A DNA stretch of 60,830 bases, counting the filler, from Sphacelaria rigidula (lineage: Eukaryota), in assembly GCA_964200075.2 (NCBI GenBank). It is 10 parts of 10 records of this genome, joined end to end, with 100 filler letters (N's around TTAATTAATTAA, not from the genome) between each part and the next. Parts side by side here need not be neighbours in the genome. Positions count along the whole stretch, not along the records: positions 30,467 to 36,459 come from CAXNAA020022953.1; positions 36,560 to 42,552 come from CAXNAA020022954.1; positions 42,653 to 48,645 come from CAXNAA020022955.1; 7 more parts are not named here. One strand, given 5' to 3'. Numbering within the stretch: the stretch's first letter is position 1; each line of letters opens with the position of its first letter. Both the position numbers and the translations under genes were made by a program. Positions 36,332 through 48,645 of the stretch are shown here, piece by piece. The notes beneath the pieces are model-generated. The model searched no databases and was not told where the DNA came from. It saw only the letters and a list, made by a program, of their open reading frames with translations.

Positions 36332-39300
36332 AAATTTTGCCCTGGTCATGTCTAGTCCTGCTATTGTTTTTCATTTTGTGTCGTACTGTGTTATTTTGAC
36401 CGCCCCCCTCCCCCCCCCCCCCCCCTCCCCCCCCCCCCCCCCCCCTTCCACCCTCTGTCNNNNNNNNNNNNNNNNNNNNNNNNNNNNNNNNNNNNNNNNN
36501 NNNTTAATTAATTAANNNNNNNNNNNNNNNNNNNNNNNNNNNNNNNNNNNNNNNNNNNNCGGATATCTGCCCCGTACAAACGCCACGGGGCTGTGCGGAT
36601 TGACAAACCGCACCGTGATAATCCGAACCGCGGTTCGGGTTGTCCTCCGTACACATCCCTGGAAATAACGTCCTCTTCTCCGGCCTTCTTGTTCGACATG
36701 GAAAAGAGTAAGCCCGTACAAGATCGCGGCGTTCTAAAGTGTGATTTCAGCGCCTTCTGGTGCCTGTTCGAAAGCCCGGATGGTTCTCTCGTCTACCTTG
36801 ACGATCGGTCTACATGATGGTGCCTCTGTTTCCGATCTCTGAGAGGCCAAGTTCTCTTTTTAGAATGTTCTGAGCATGTTCGTGTGAACCCCACCCCAAC
36901 GTTTTTTCAAATTCTGGAATATACATCCTGGTTTCCTACAGGCTTGGCCTGAACAATGAACGGTTAAGCCAACGCACCCTGAACAATGGTTTTATTCCCT
37001 GTCTCGCTGAAACGATCGGCCGTATTTACGTTTTCAATGCCATTACATCTTGCAGAGCTACAGGGTGTCATCAGGTGTCCACGGTGGGCCACGTAAAAGG
37101 AGGCACCGATTTCATCAATTGGCTGGCTCTCAAAAAATTGCTTTATTTTTCTCGGATGCCGTTGGATCGACGAAATGGACAAAGTACATTATTTCCACGG
37201 GTAAGGGGTTCAACCTACATTACGGTAGCATGAGCTATACAGTCCGTCGTCCACGCCAACTATAGGAACTAGAGAATCACCCAGGATCTGAGAAAAAGCT
37301 AACGATCTGGTGCTACAGAGCAATGGTACGGTAGAGGTGCACTTTTTTCGCGATTTTTTGTCTGGTTCAGGGGCTCCTAACGATTCTCGACGCACAATAA
37401 TATGGGTCAGGGCATCCCCGTTTGCAAATTCATTCGGGATATCCCCAGCACATTGGAATAGTAATCCTGTCGTACTCTCGCATATTTTCATTGGTCGTGT
37501 TTTGGATTAGATAAAGGGCTCCTAACAGTTCTAACCTCAGAAAATATGTGTGTACCCCTACCATAGCATCACTCCACACGGACGTGTTATCTAGTGCAGC
37601 CGGAGCATGAAATCACTGACTGATAGTGTATCTACGGAAGGACTGGATAGACTCTCCCGACCGCGCGTCTGAGCATACATGTTGTACATTTATTGTCAAA
37701 TTTTGCTACAGTGGTGTTTCACTGTTGAAGGCGAAAAGAGTGAAGAAACAAAGAATATACGGGGGACATTCCCAACCCAGTCCGAAACAGCGTAAGGACG
37801 CCATGCGTATCTCTGAGCCGCACTCCACGACACGTGCGGGGGTCCATGCGGGAGTCCATGCGGGGTTCATATTTGGAGTACGGCATTCGCAGTTCACGGC
37901 ACGTACGGCACGGTACGGGTGATGTACGGTACGCACGGCACGGTATCAGGGAATCGCCGTACAGCAGTTCACGGTATTTGATTGATAACTTTTCGATACC
38001 TTAGTACGGTGCGGTGCTGGATTTCGCATATTTGTGTCGAGTCGCGGTTCCGTCCCATATACCGTGATACACAGCGGCAACATGAAGGCGAAAAACGCTC
38101 CGAGGGGGGGGGGGCTGCACTTTCCCGTGGACGGCATTTGAAGGTGTCCAAAACTATTGCTGATTCCTTTGCGCTCGTTTGAGATGTGGTCGTCGATATT
38201 AGAGCACAGACGTGTTCAAAATGCAACAAACAACAAAAATTGGCGCTTGGTTATTTACAAACATTGGCTGCGGGCCCACGATGTAGCCTCTGCGCTGAGA
38301 TGAGTTCGTCGCTTTGAACTGGGTTGTGTATACCGTCAGATATTCCCTGCATCACGAAGGTCAACAAATCTGAAAATTCCCCACGAGGAGCTGTGATCTG
38401 GCGCAGATCATATAGGGACATGTCCCTCGGCATACGAAACCTCAGCAACGATCGGAAGCCCCAATATGGAAACCAATTTGGAGTGGGTTCACCGCTGCAC
38501 GTTGTGATTAAGTCGGTGTGAAAAGTTTCTCCAAAGATGGGGCAAGGGTTGTGCGATCAGCATTATCAGGTCCTACTTTTTCGGGTCGTTTGTCTATGCG
38601 AGTGCTGATGGGACACGTCGTGTTTTAGCATTGAAGTAGCTATCGTTGCACAAGTTACGCCTCGCTGTAGACTTCGCGTTGTTCAAAGTCTAGAGCTAGC
38701 TGTATCAGCATGTATTGCAGGCGATGCGGCAAAAATGGATCACAACGTCGCCGCGTGATCATTTATGGGAGTTTCATCAATCAGGGGCGGAATGGGGGAA
38801 ATATCTACCAAGCGGTCCCTGTTTTGTGGTTGAGCGCCGATTTTCGTCGAGATGAAGCACTTGCTTAGCATGTGAAATCTCCTCGGGAAACCTTGTTGTA
38901 CGTGTCTTGCGTGTAAACTCGGTGTGAAACGGACGAGCAGTCGGCCACGTAAGGGCGTGATCGACCGGGAACTACACTACTGTGGATCTCTGTAATCAAC
39001 GATCACCATACAACAGCAGCGATTGCTCGAGGTAACCTGACTGCCTGAGACACCCTCTATTCTCGTGAAATGCAGCAGTGGCATACATACGCTCACGGAT
39101 AAACACCGATCATTTATTGTTGAAGGCCCGATAACTGCGTAGATGAAGCACCTGTTTGGCGGGTAGCTTGAACACCATTCGCGTTCTTGCTCACGACCAT
39201 ACGGTCTGTTACCACGAGCAACCACCTGCGGCATTATATTTTCCTCTTATGTATCAACGCGGATAGCTTTGTTGTTGTCTTTTATCTTCCCAGGAAGGAT

Positions 39301-42300
39301 CCTTGTCAGTTTCCGGAAGCGAATTGGGTCATTGGCGGCAATACATCGCTGCCAAACAAAGCGAGAGACACCGGAAAGCTCATTTTGCAGCTTGCTTGCT
39401 GTCTGCAGTCGGGAGATGTAGTGGTATGATGGTGTCCAGATACGCCCACAACTACGACATGTAGACCCAGCACGCTTCACGACCCCGTACGGTGCAGACT
39501 GTCTAGACGGTTTCGTTCTTCACTTCAAAAGCCACTCATATTCTGCTGCTGCAACCTACCCGCATGTCTGCGAACGGTGATCGCACTCAACCTTTCTCTT
39601 CGGGATAGCCGCCACCACCGACACACACCGCTTGAGAGACCGCGATACGTGCTCGATGGCTCTGCATGTAATAGCTGTTTACTCTGTCGTTCGGTGTGGT
39701 GCCGATATGTCGCCTGCAGTAGATGCTCTAACGATGTATCTCCTGAACGGATAACAAGGCCGCTAACCAACCACCCTACGGCTCACACAGCTGCGCCGTC
39801 AACTCTACCGCGTCGCGGCACAGTCGTGCCATACTTCCCTCCTCCACGCGATTTCATGGGTTGTGCACATTAACGTATTCCAAAACTAATCGTATCGTGA
39901 GGTATCAACCAAGCCATGGCACTACGAATGACAGGGTCCCGTACTTTAATCAAGGCGTGCGTTCCCATGCGCAGGTCACACAACTATTCTGGAGTTAAAT
40001 ATCGTTAGGCGTGCGTTCAGTTGTCGCCACTTGGTTCTGTATACATATTGGGCCTTCACATATGTCGAAAGTTATTTCAAAATTCGACCCAGTTCATTTT
40101 CCGATGAAGCTCTGGACTCTGTTCCAAAATATCTGTACTTTACACATTTCGAAACATCCAACATCGAAGCGCGGGGCTCGCGGTGAGAACTCTGGGTGTT
40201 ATCCGGCACCAACGATGATCACATGTACGGGCATCTAGTGGAAAAGCAGGAAATGTGCCCATTGTTTACGAACACCCTGTTTCTCATGGCTACTCCGGTA
40301 AGGGCTCTTGTGTCACAAGGAAGTGGGGGATCAACAAGCGGCAAATGAGGTACTCCACCATGCGCGGGGCCACGGTGAGTCACAACGTGAGATGATGAAA
40401 CACACCGAAAAACTGTTCATGAAGTAAATAGTTCCAAAACCCGGCGAGCGCTCACTGGTTTTCCACAGATTCAGAGGTCAAAATGTTCACTTCATGAGGA
40501 GGGACCAGTTCCTACACAAGTCCAAGTGTGCAGATGCACCGCGTGGTCTGGACCGTCACAACTCGTTGTTTTACGTACAGGCCTAATCTTCACCCCAACC
40601 ACATGATACCACAAAGTAAAGGCAGAGATCATGGCATCGAATGGCATCATCGTGTCTGTCTCGCATCTTTATCCACACCTCCGTCCTGTATGTCCATAGC
40701 ACACTTCGCTTGCCAGTACGAACAAGCATCTGGACAACCCATAGTGTGGAACATACGGCAGAACGGATTACTGTAGTACTGCACTCTGTTCGGCACAGTG
40801 TCCCATCGCCATCGTACTGCGTACAGTACCGAAATGAAAAGGCACGATGGACCTGAGTCGAGCGATATGCGGCCAGTAATTGAGCTCTGCAGCTTACAGT
40901 TGTGAGCAAGTCACCTTTTAAACAGTGCGAGCACAGATGGTGATCCACCTTGTCTCGTCCAGTTGTGAGGATGAATGGAGCGCTGTCACGATACACCCTG
41001 CTCCACTTGTGGTTACACTTGATGTTGATCGGCGTCCAAATGACTCTCTCCTCAGCACATCTGAATGTTGCTGGTACCAACTCGGTGGGGGGTTGCTCAC
41101 AGTGTGAAAAGAATGGATGACGCGTGCGTGTGTGTGAGTATGGCGAAGGGAAAACTCTTCAAACCAAGTTATACCGCACGTTCACCGTGGCAGGCGTTCC
41201 TGTGAGAACGATGACACACTTCTAACATCCTGTGTATTTTTGTTGTTCGAGAATCGTCATTCCGATCCGTCAAGTCTCGGTACTGATGCGTGAATTTTGC
41301 AGGTGTACTGATATGGTCATCCTTGCTCCTGTCGCGAGGTGTTTTGTACTTTGGTATTGATCTTGCCTCACTGATTCTGTGTTGAGCAAACCCAACCAAC
41401 GCTCTCAACACAACGGTGTTGCTTCCGCTCTACTCTCGGTGTCACCCATTTCGTCGGCCAAGTCCGTACAGGAAACAGCAGGAAACAACGTTGTGCTCGT
41501 CCAGCGCGATATACAGTAGGTCAGCTGCAGCCCGGGGATGTTCAGTGCACAAATGCCCATAAATAGATATGAAGTCATGAACGCGTAAAAACAAAAGACG
41601 CGCTGGATAGCTATTATCTATGCATTGTTTACTCAGAAATGCCACGGCGGCAAGAACGAGCGCGGTGGGAATATTTCCTTGGCGAGGATGCGCCGTTTTT
41701 CGGGATCAGTTTTGAAGAAGCTTCTGGAGACAAAGACACAATGCGAAACAGCTGTTGCTGCTTTGAGATATAGTCGATCTCCTCCTACGTTCCCCTCATT
41801 GTCCTTTACTGCGATCAATATTGTTTAGCGCGTGTGTGGATAGACTAATGTGATCTTGACGACCAAAAAGCGGCGCAACCAATCTCGGTTCGTGGTGACC
41901 GGTATGCGGGCTGTCATGTTCCAGTTTACAGCATGTCACGTTGGAATCCTGGAATCTGCAATACAGGAAACAGTGCGCTGGCAGAGACGTGTCTTAGCTA
42001 TTTCCATGCTAAGTGTGCGAACGCAGGCGCTTTGCTGAGAAAGATATCGCAGATTCTGCGCAAGATGTTCGGATACAGAAGATGCGGTCGAAATGCTGAC
42101 AGAAAGCAACATGACACGCCAGCAGCTCAGGGCACATGACTCTGCGGGCGGATCGAAGTTAATCTGGACCTTTTACTACACCTATCCCGTGTACAGCACG
42201 TGCTTCTCTGTTACAGGCATTGGCATGGCATTCGCGTGCTCGGGTCAAATATCACCTGTTGATCAAACTCCATCTCTTGGTCAAAAGTTAGCACAATTAC

Positions 42301-44140
42301 GGTCAGTTGTGTAGGATATGGGTGGCGTATATATATAGTATAATCCCAAGTCAGGTACGCGTTGACGTCCCGGTGTCTTGTGTGAGGGTTCTCTATTGTA
42401 ACCCCTGCCGTGTTTCTTTGTTCGCGGTGTGTGTTGTTTGTTGACGTCCCATTTATTCTGAGCGTCAGTCTACCCCTTTCGGGATATGTGGGCGCATCAG
42501 CCGGGGTCACACAGGAGGAACAACACAGGAGTTTTTTCTTTTTCATTTGTTTNNNNNNNNNNNNNNNNNNNNNNNNNNNNNNNNNNNNNNNNNNNNTTAA
42601 TTAATTAANNNNNNNNNNNNNNNNNNNNNNNNNNNNNNNNNNNNNNNNNNNNAAAGCTCCCAACGAACGAACCAACTAGCTACACTATAATCTCACACCT
42701 CTACCTGATGCACTAAAAAAAAAAAAAACAGAGAACGAAAAACGCGGATTTCAACCACACATTCTGACTCCACGAATAAATAAAGTAAACAGTACAGCGT
42801 CCATTATGCAGCATAGCAATGACACGAGATGACAAACCCAGCTGCACTTTTCCATCCATAGTATGACGACCGTAGCACTAATCCACCCCCCCCCTGCACG
42901 CTTGGACTGGAAACGGAGATCCCAAACTTCAGACATGATGACAACCCATCCCAACTGCGTCGCAATCCTGGTCAAAACGCAGCCATTCAACCATGAGGTA
43001 TACTGCCTTGCGCAACAAGCGCGCGGTGACAGCCCACCACCCCCACCCCTGCGAGCCTAGTCCAGCGAAAAACTGGCGTGCTCCGTTCCGGCTTCGGAGG
43101 GATGCGAGGCGAATGACCTGATGCTTGCGGCATGCAAGATCATGAAAGCCCCCTCCCTCGCCCCCCCCCCAAACACCCGCGACGTGTTCCATGGGAGCCC
43201 GTATGGACTCGTAGCCGCACTAGACCTAAACTACAAGGACATGTCCCGCTCCGAAGGAACAAGGGCTCAATTATGTGTAAAACCTGCCACATGACACTCG
43301 TGGAAAATGTTGAACTCATGTTACATCGGCTTCCATGTCTCGCGTGTGAGACGTATAGACTGCGTGTCCCCTTCAACGCCTCTCTCGCTATTTCCCAAGA
43401 CTACCCCACCCTTCCTGACTGAATTATATGCCGTGCACGTGGTTCATGCATACCCCCCCCCTCACCTACCTCCAAAATATAAATACTGGTGCCACATATT
43501 GTTTCACAGCCGAAGCACTAATCTTGCGTTAAAATGTCCCTGCTTATTTTGTTCTTTCAAAATACCCTTTTTTTTCACGTCGAAATCTGTGCTCCGTCGT
43601 TTTCCTGAGAGAGAAATACGGGTCTAAAATTAAACTACACATCGTTCCTAGAGATAAGAAAGAACCCTCTGACACGACCAACAGAAGGAAAAAAAAAAAA
43701 ACTCACACACACGTCCCGAGTCACTCCAAAAAAGAAGGCGATAGGCGCACATTGTTTCCTGGAGTTCGGGCGATCCATCCACCACACTCGACAACAGAAG
43801 AACCAACACAAGTGGATGATGATATGTGGATATACTGCGTGTACGACAGACCAATGAGGGGGGAGGGCGAGGGCAGTTTTCGGGCCAAAACGATGCGACG
43901 GCGAAAACACCGACTTCACAGTAGGGATACGATGACCCACGGCGAGAACAATACCCGTGACTTGACCCATCTTTCCATAACGCCTCTTCACCTCTCCTCC
44001 CCGCAGAACACAAAAAAAAAAAAAAAATGACGTACCAAAAAACTCCAAAACACACACACACACACAAAAAAACACAAACAAGAGCGTTTCCGCGCTTTCT
44101 AGTTGATACTAAGGTAGCAGCACTTCAGCAGCCTTTCTAC

Positions 44141-45163
44141 TCACTCGGTCGTCTCTACAAATTTCAAGAGACCGTCCAGAGTACAGCGGTCGCTGCCGGT
44201 ATACTTGCTGCTGTTCTTCAAGTGCGCTAACGCCGACGACGCCTTGCCTTTCCAGAGCTCCAGCAGCTCCCGCCGAGGAGTGCCACCTAGCCCTCCCTCA
44301 CCACCGCACAAGCGATTCCCCTCATCCCCCTTGTCTCCACCCCGGATACCCTTGCCACTAAGCGATTTAACATCTCGCGGCGGGCGGGGCACGCGAGTTA
44401 CGACGCAAGCCTCGGAAGGGCCCGACGGATGTAACGGCCGCTGCTTCACGCGCTCCCCCGTCCAAACGTTTTCGTACCGAATTGGAGGGGTGGGTCTCGA
44501 CACTGAATGGTGCACTGGATCCAAGGATCGGAAAGACGGAACCTTAACCGGATCCGGCCTCATCAGGCTAACCTGTGCCGTCGGATCCGGAGGCGGGTTG
44601 TTTCGGATTGGGTTCGGGTTCGGGTTCGGGTTCGGGTTCGAGTTCAGTGGCGGATCAGGGGCGGCGTCGACGGATTGGGATGGTGCGATGGATTCGGCAG
44701 AAACGACCCGCGGGCTTCGAGATTGTTCATGACATTCCGCGTCTGAGGCGACCGCGGCGGCATCAATTTTGGTGCTCATGTTGCTGCTTCCAGTGCTCCC
44801 TCTGTCAGTGTTGACCATGTTGCTGTGACTGTTGACATCGCAGTGACCATGGTTGTTGTTGTAGCTGCTTGCGTCGTTGCAGCTGTCTTCGCTGGGGTGT
44901 CGCTGGGAGTGGCTTGTGTAGCTGCTGCTTCTCGTCATGCTGACCGTATCGAATGACGGGTTAGTAGCTTGTTCCGTCGTCACCGACCCGTCCATATCGT
45001 CAGTCTCGTGCCCATTGTCACCCTGGACGGTTTTTCGTGCGTCCCTGCCAGCAATGACGTCATCGTGACGATCGTCCATGACGTCGTCATCATCATCCTC
45101 TTCGTCGCTGCTATCGTCGTAGTCCACAACGCGGATCCACCCCTCGGGTAGGAGAATGGACGG
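44141..45163 (-). CDS. Rab-like GTPase gene, long terminal exon (low-complexity tail with split WW-like motif)
   Basis: Pyrimidine tract plus ctccag acceptor; 1023 nt open to TGA; in frame with 46711-46818. Confidence 0.75.
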   Translation of the reverse strand, partial: PSILLPEGWIRVVDYDDSSDEEDDDDDVMDDRHDDVIAGRDARKTVQGDNGHETDDMDGSVTTEQATNPSFDTVSMTRSSSYTSHSQRHPSEDSCNDASSYNNNHGHCDVNSHSNMVNTDRGSTGSSNMSTKIDAAAVASDAECHEQSRSPRVVSAESIAPSQSVDAAPDPPLNSNPNPNPNPNPIRNNPPPDPTAQVSLMRPDPVKVPSFRSLDPVHHSVSRPTPPIRYENVWTGERVKQRPLHPSGPSEACVVTRVPRPPRDVKSLSGKGIRGGDKGDEGNRLCGGEGGLGGTPRRELLELWKGKASSALAHLKNSSKYTGSDRCTLDGLLKFVETTE

Positions 45164-46710
45164 CTGGAGATCCACAAAAAAAAATGAAGAAAAATCGGCG
45201 GGAAGAATGTAGGGATTTAACCCAGACGAGGAGAACGGAGGGAGGGGGGGGGGGGAGGGCGTACTTATTTGTTGCTTGCCCTAGTCGTTTGACAATTGTT
45301 AACCACGCACCCCTTTCGAGACGGAGAAAAGCGGGAGGGGGGCATAGACTGCGATTGATCGAGCAGCATGAGACAACACACAGCGACGACGATGGAACAA
45401 TCTTACATCATGCCCCGTATCCAAGCCCGTGAGGGATGTAGCAGCAAGCTGAGCGCAAACGGAGACCACAACGTCAAATTCGGCCACCGCAACCAAACCG
45501 CGTTCTCGGCGACACCCAAAGCAAACGTTGGATACACCACACCGTATACCAACAGACAGAGCACCGCTTATGAGGCCGCCGTTGTTTTGGATATCATCCT
45601 GCCTCCGCACGGTACTGTACTGCGGCTGCGGGCACCAGAACACCGGCAAATCCACGTGTGACGCGGTTGCATACTAAACTCAAGATTATACAATGAAATG
45701 TACCGTGACACGAGTTGGGACTGGTCGAAACTTCCATCCAAATTACTTGAAAATCGATATACTACAAAAATAAACCCGTGCTTACGAATCCACCGACTCA
45801 AAAGTCTTCAGGGAGTGTTTATATTCGTCATCTCGGGTACGCCCTCATGTCACCATGGTTGGATCTCTGAGAGATCAGATCAGTCGAAGCGCAACAATAG
45901 ATCAATCGATCAATCAACATGACACAAGTCGCCCTCTTACGAGCTCAAGCTTTGGAGCAATTTGGAAACAGAAAACGTTGACAAAAAAAAAAAACGCGAT
46001 ATTATAAATTTCACGACCGACAGCTCCTTTGCATGTCTCAAACTTTAATACCACACCCCCGGCACCATCAGACAAACTAGCTAGTAGCAACTACGACCTC
46101 TCACACGGAGTAGCGGACGCCTTCACGACGTAGGCAAGACCCATAGCCCGCATATCTACGGCTGAAATAAGCTAACAAATGCACCCATTGGGGATATATA
46201 GCACCAAGACATGAGACATGGGCAAATCCGCCTCTGCGGATTTTCTCAGGGTACCCTAAACTGGCGCGCGGTACTCCACCCCACCCCCCACCCCAACCCA
46301 CCCATCTCTGAGAGCTTGCCTTGCTAGGCACGGCACAAAACACTAGTGTAGTTAACCGGCGTTGGGGTACAAATGTCCATGGTTGGCATTAATTAATTCG
46401 AGTGTGTACAACGAGTGGATATTTAGCTGAGCTGGCTAGTCCCGTGTGCTCCTCGTGTGCGCAGAGCGCGTTCTCGTTGAAAACGGCGCCACAGGCGCCG
46501 ATGTGGAGTCTATCAATATCAAGGCCACCGTTTTCCTACAGAGTGCTATGCACCGTACCTGCCTGAGGGTTCTAGGTATGCGTTGGGTTGAAGTTGGGGT
46601 TTTTAGAGGTGGCGATACTTGTAAAATGTGTCAACCATGAACATTTGTAGCCCAACGCAGGTTAACTAGTGTACAACACACACACGCCGGAGCACGTTTA
46701 CCACGCTCAC

Positions 46711-46818
46711 CTTCACATTCGAAGCCAAGGGAGATGCGTCTCGCGGGAGATACTCGGCCGCGGACATGACCATGTGGCGGCATGCCTCCTCGACGTGGAT
46801 GTCATCCAGAACCGATGT
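46711..46818 (-). CDS. Rab-like GTPase exon (G5 and last helix)
   Basis: ctgcag acceptor and gtgagc donor, 108 nt; TSVLDDIHVEEACRHMVMSAAEYLPRDASPLASNVK. Confidence 0.8.
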
Positions 46819-47737
46819 CTGCAGCGAAAAAAACATTGTTAGAGTGTGTTGTTGTTGTTGTTGTTGTAGTTGTCTTCACATTAAAAACCGTTCCGATATC
46901 TGCGCGTTGAATTCGTACTGGGCATCTAAAGCGGACGCCTTCCGTGGTTTCAGGCTAGCTAGCTATAATAGGGTATGAGGGAATAAAAAAAGGTCTAGAT
47001 TAAAACTCACAAAACGCGATACAAGCAAAACCGGGATAAATAATGAAGAGAGAGAACACATATTTGACGTTTGGATATCTTGAAAAATCGCACTTTTAGG
47101 GACCAAAAATTGAGTGCAGTAGGGTGATGAAACCGTACTCGACCATACTCGTTGCGTGGAGTATTGCAATCGCACCTAACTCTACGCAAGTCTTGCAGAG
47201 TTGAGTTCGGAGATCGGACCATCGCAACACAAAATCCGGCATAGTGAATACCTGGGTATTTACTCTACGGACGCACCCTCGTAACATCCCCCCCCCCTCA
47301 GCCGAAGCGATCCATTTCCAAAGGGAAGCCGGCAAACACGACGTGGGAGACCGAAACATAAAAGGATCACACAGCAAATACGTCCATGTTAAGGCTCTTC
47401 AGCAGTCGCCCGTCAAAACGGCACCTATAATAGCACTAGGGGGCAGTATGACGGCATTTTACAAAATTGATCGACCTCTGCAGCGCCCCGGCCGCCTCTT
47501 CCCCGTTTGGAATCGGCATCGCAACCCATCGCAGCCCGAATGTTGCAAGGGATTTCGTCACCTCAGCATCAGTGTTTCCTTCGGTGGGTGTCCTCACAGA
47601 TACAATTCTTCAACTCCCGACACGTCGAAAATAAAAACCACAATCAAAGAGGTCAAGGGCCTATAGGCCAGTCAACAAGGAAGAATAGTACCGTACTACA
47701 CAACACACAGCTCAGCACAGGCCAGACAGATGTTCAC

Positions 47738-47844
47738 CTCCAGGAACTCGAGCCCATGTTTCCGCGCGAACCGCATGCCCTCCACCATGGAAACCTCCCT
47801 TTGCTTGCAAGACATGTCGCACTTGTTGCCAACCATAACAATCA
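47738..47844 (-). CDS. Rab-like small GTPase exon (G4 NKxD)
   Basis: ttccag acceptor and gtgaac donor; IVMVGNKCDMSCKQREVSMVEGMRFARKHGLEFLE. Confidence 0.88.
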
Positions 47845-48099
47845 CTGGAAGAATCCCGGAAAAAACAGTGCAACCGGAGATGAGGGGCGACGATCGGCCA
47901 TTTTAGGGGAGGTGGAGGGGGGGGTCACCTCTTGGGTGCGGGATACCACAAACGCACCTATTCATCCACAACCACAACTATGTGGAAAATCGTTATTCTG
48001 CTCCACTCTCCTCCCGTCGAACTTCCAACTATTTTCCCTGCTCGGGACAAATCTGTACGCTCAAGGAATCACCTTAACCCTCCCCCGGTGCCCCAGTTT

Positions 48100-48645
48100 C
48101 CCCCCGGCTAGAACCCAGCGTGTTCTGTCCCGGCTTTGTAGGGACGGACTCCCGATGGGGTTGGCGTCGGTTGGCGATCACGCTACGAAACATGTCACTC
48201 ACTGCGAAGCTGGGCAACCACGTTACCGATTTTTTTGCGCGCTTGATTTTTAGTTTTGCGGCTTCCATGACGGTAGTCGAGCTACATCATGTTGAGAGGC
48301 GTGGGAAAACCTCAACTCCGCACAATGGGGATAATCGTACTACGTAGCGTTTTTGCGGTAACCATGATGGTGGTCGAGCTTGATCATGCTGTGCGGCGTG
48401 GGAGAACCTCAACTCCGCACAACAGGGATGATCATACCACGTAGTGTTCAATAGTGTGCAAATGGTGGGGCACCCATAAGGCAGTGTACAAGCCGTGGCT
48501 GTCTTTGCAAGTGGCGATACCAAAAAATAAAGCAACGCATTGTAGGCTGTCATGCAAATGCAAGATAATCAGTTGGCGTCGGGCCGAACAATCTTAGCAG
48601 GATGCAGCTCACCCGTCATGCGACTCGCCGAACACACCACGGCGC
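48100..48645 (+). repeat. Copy of the interspersed repeat seen at 35045-35758, with an internal short duplication
   Basis: Shared blocks GATGGGGTTGGC..., ACCTCAACTCCGCAC (twice) and CAGGATGCAGCTCACCC...GCGACTCGCCG. Confidence 0.8.
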
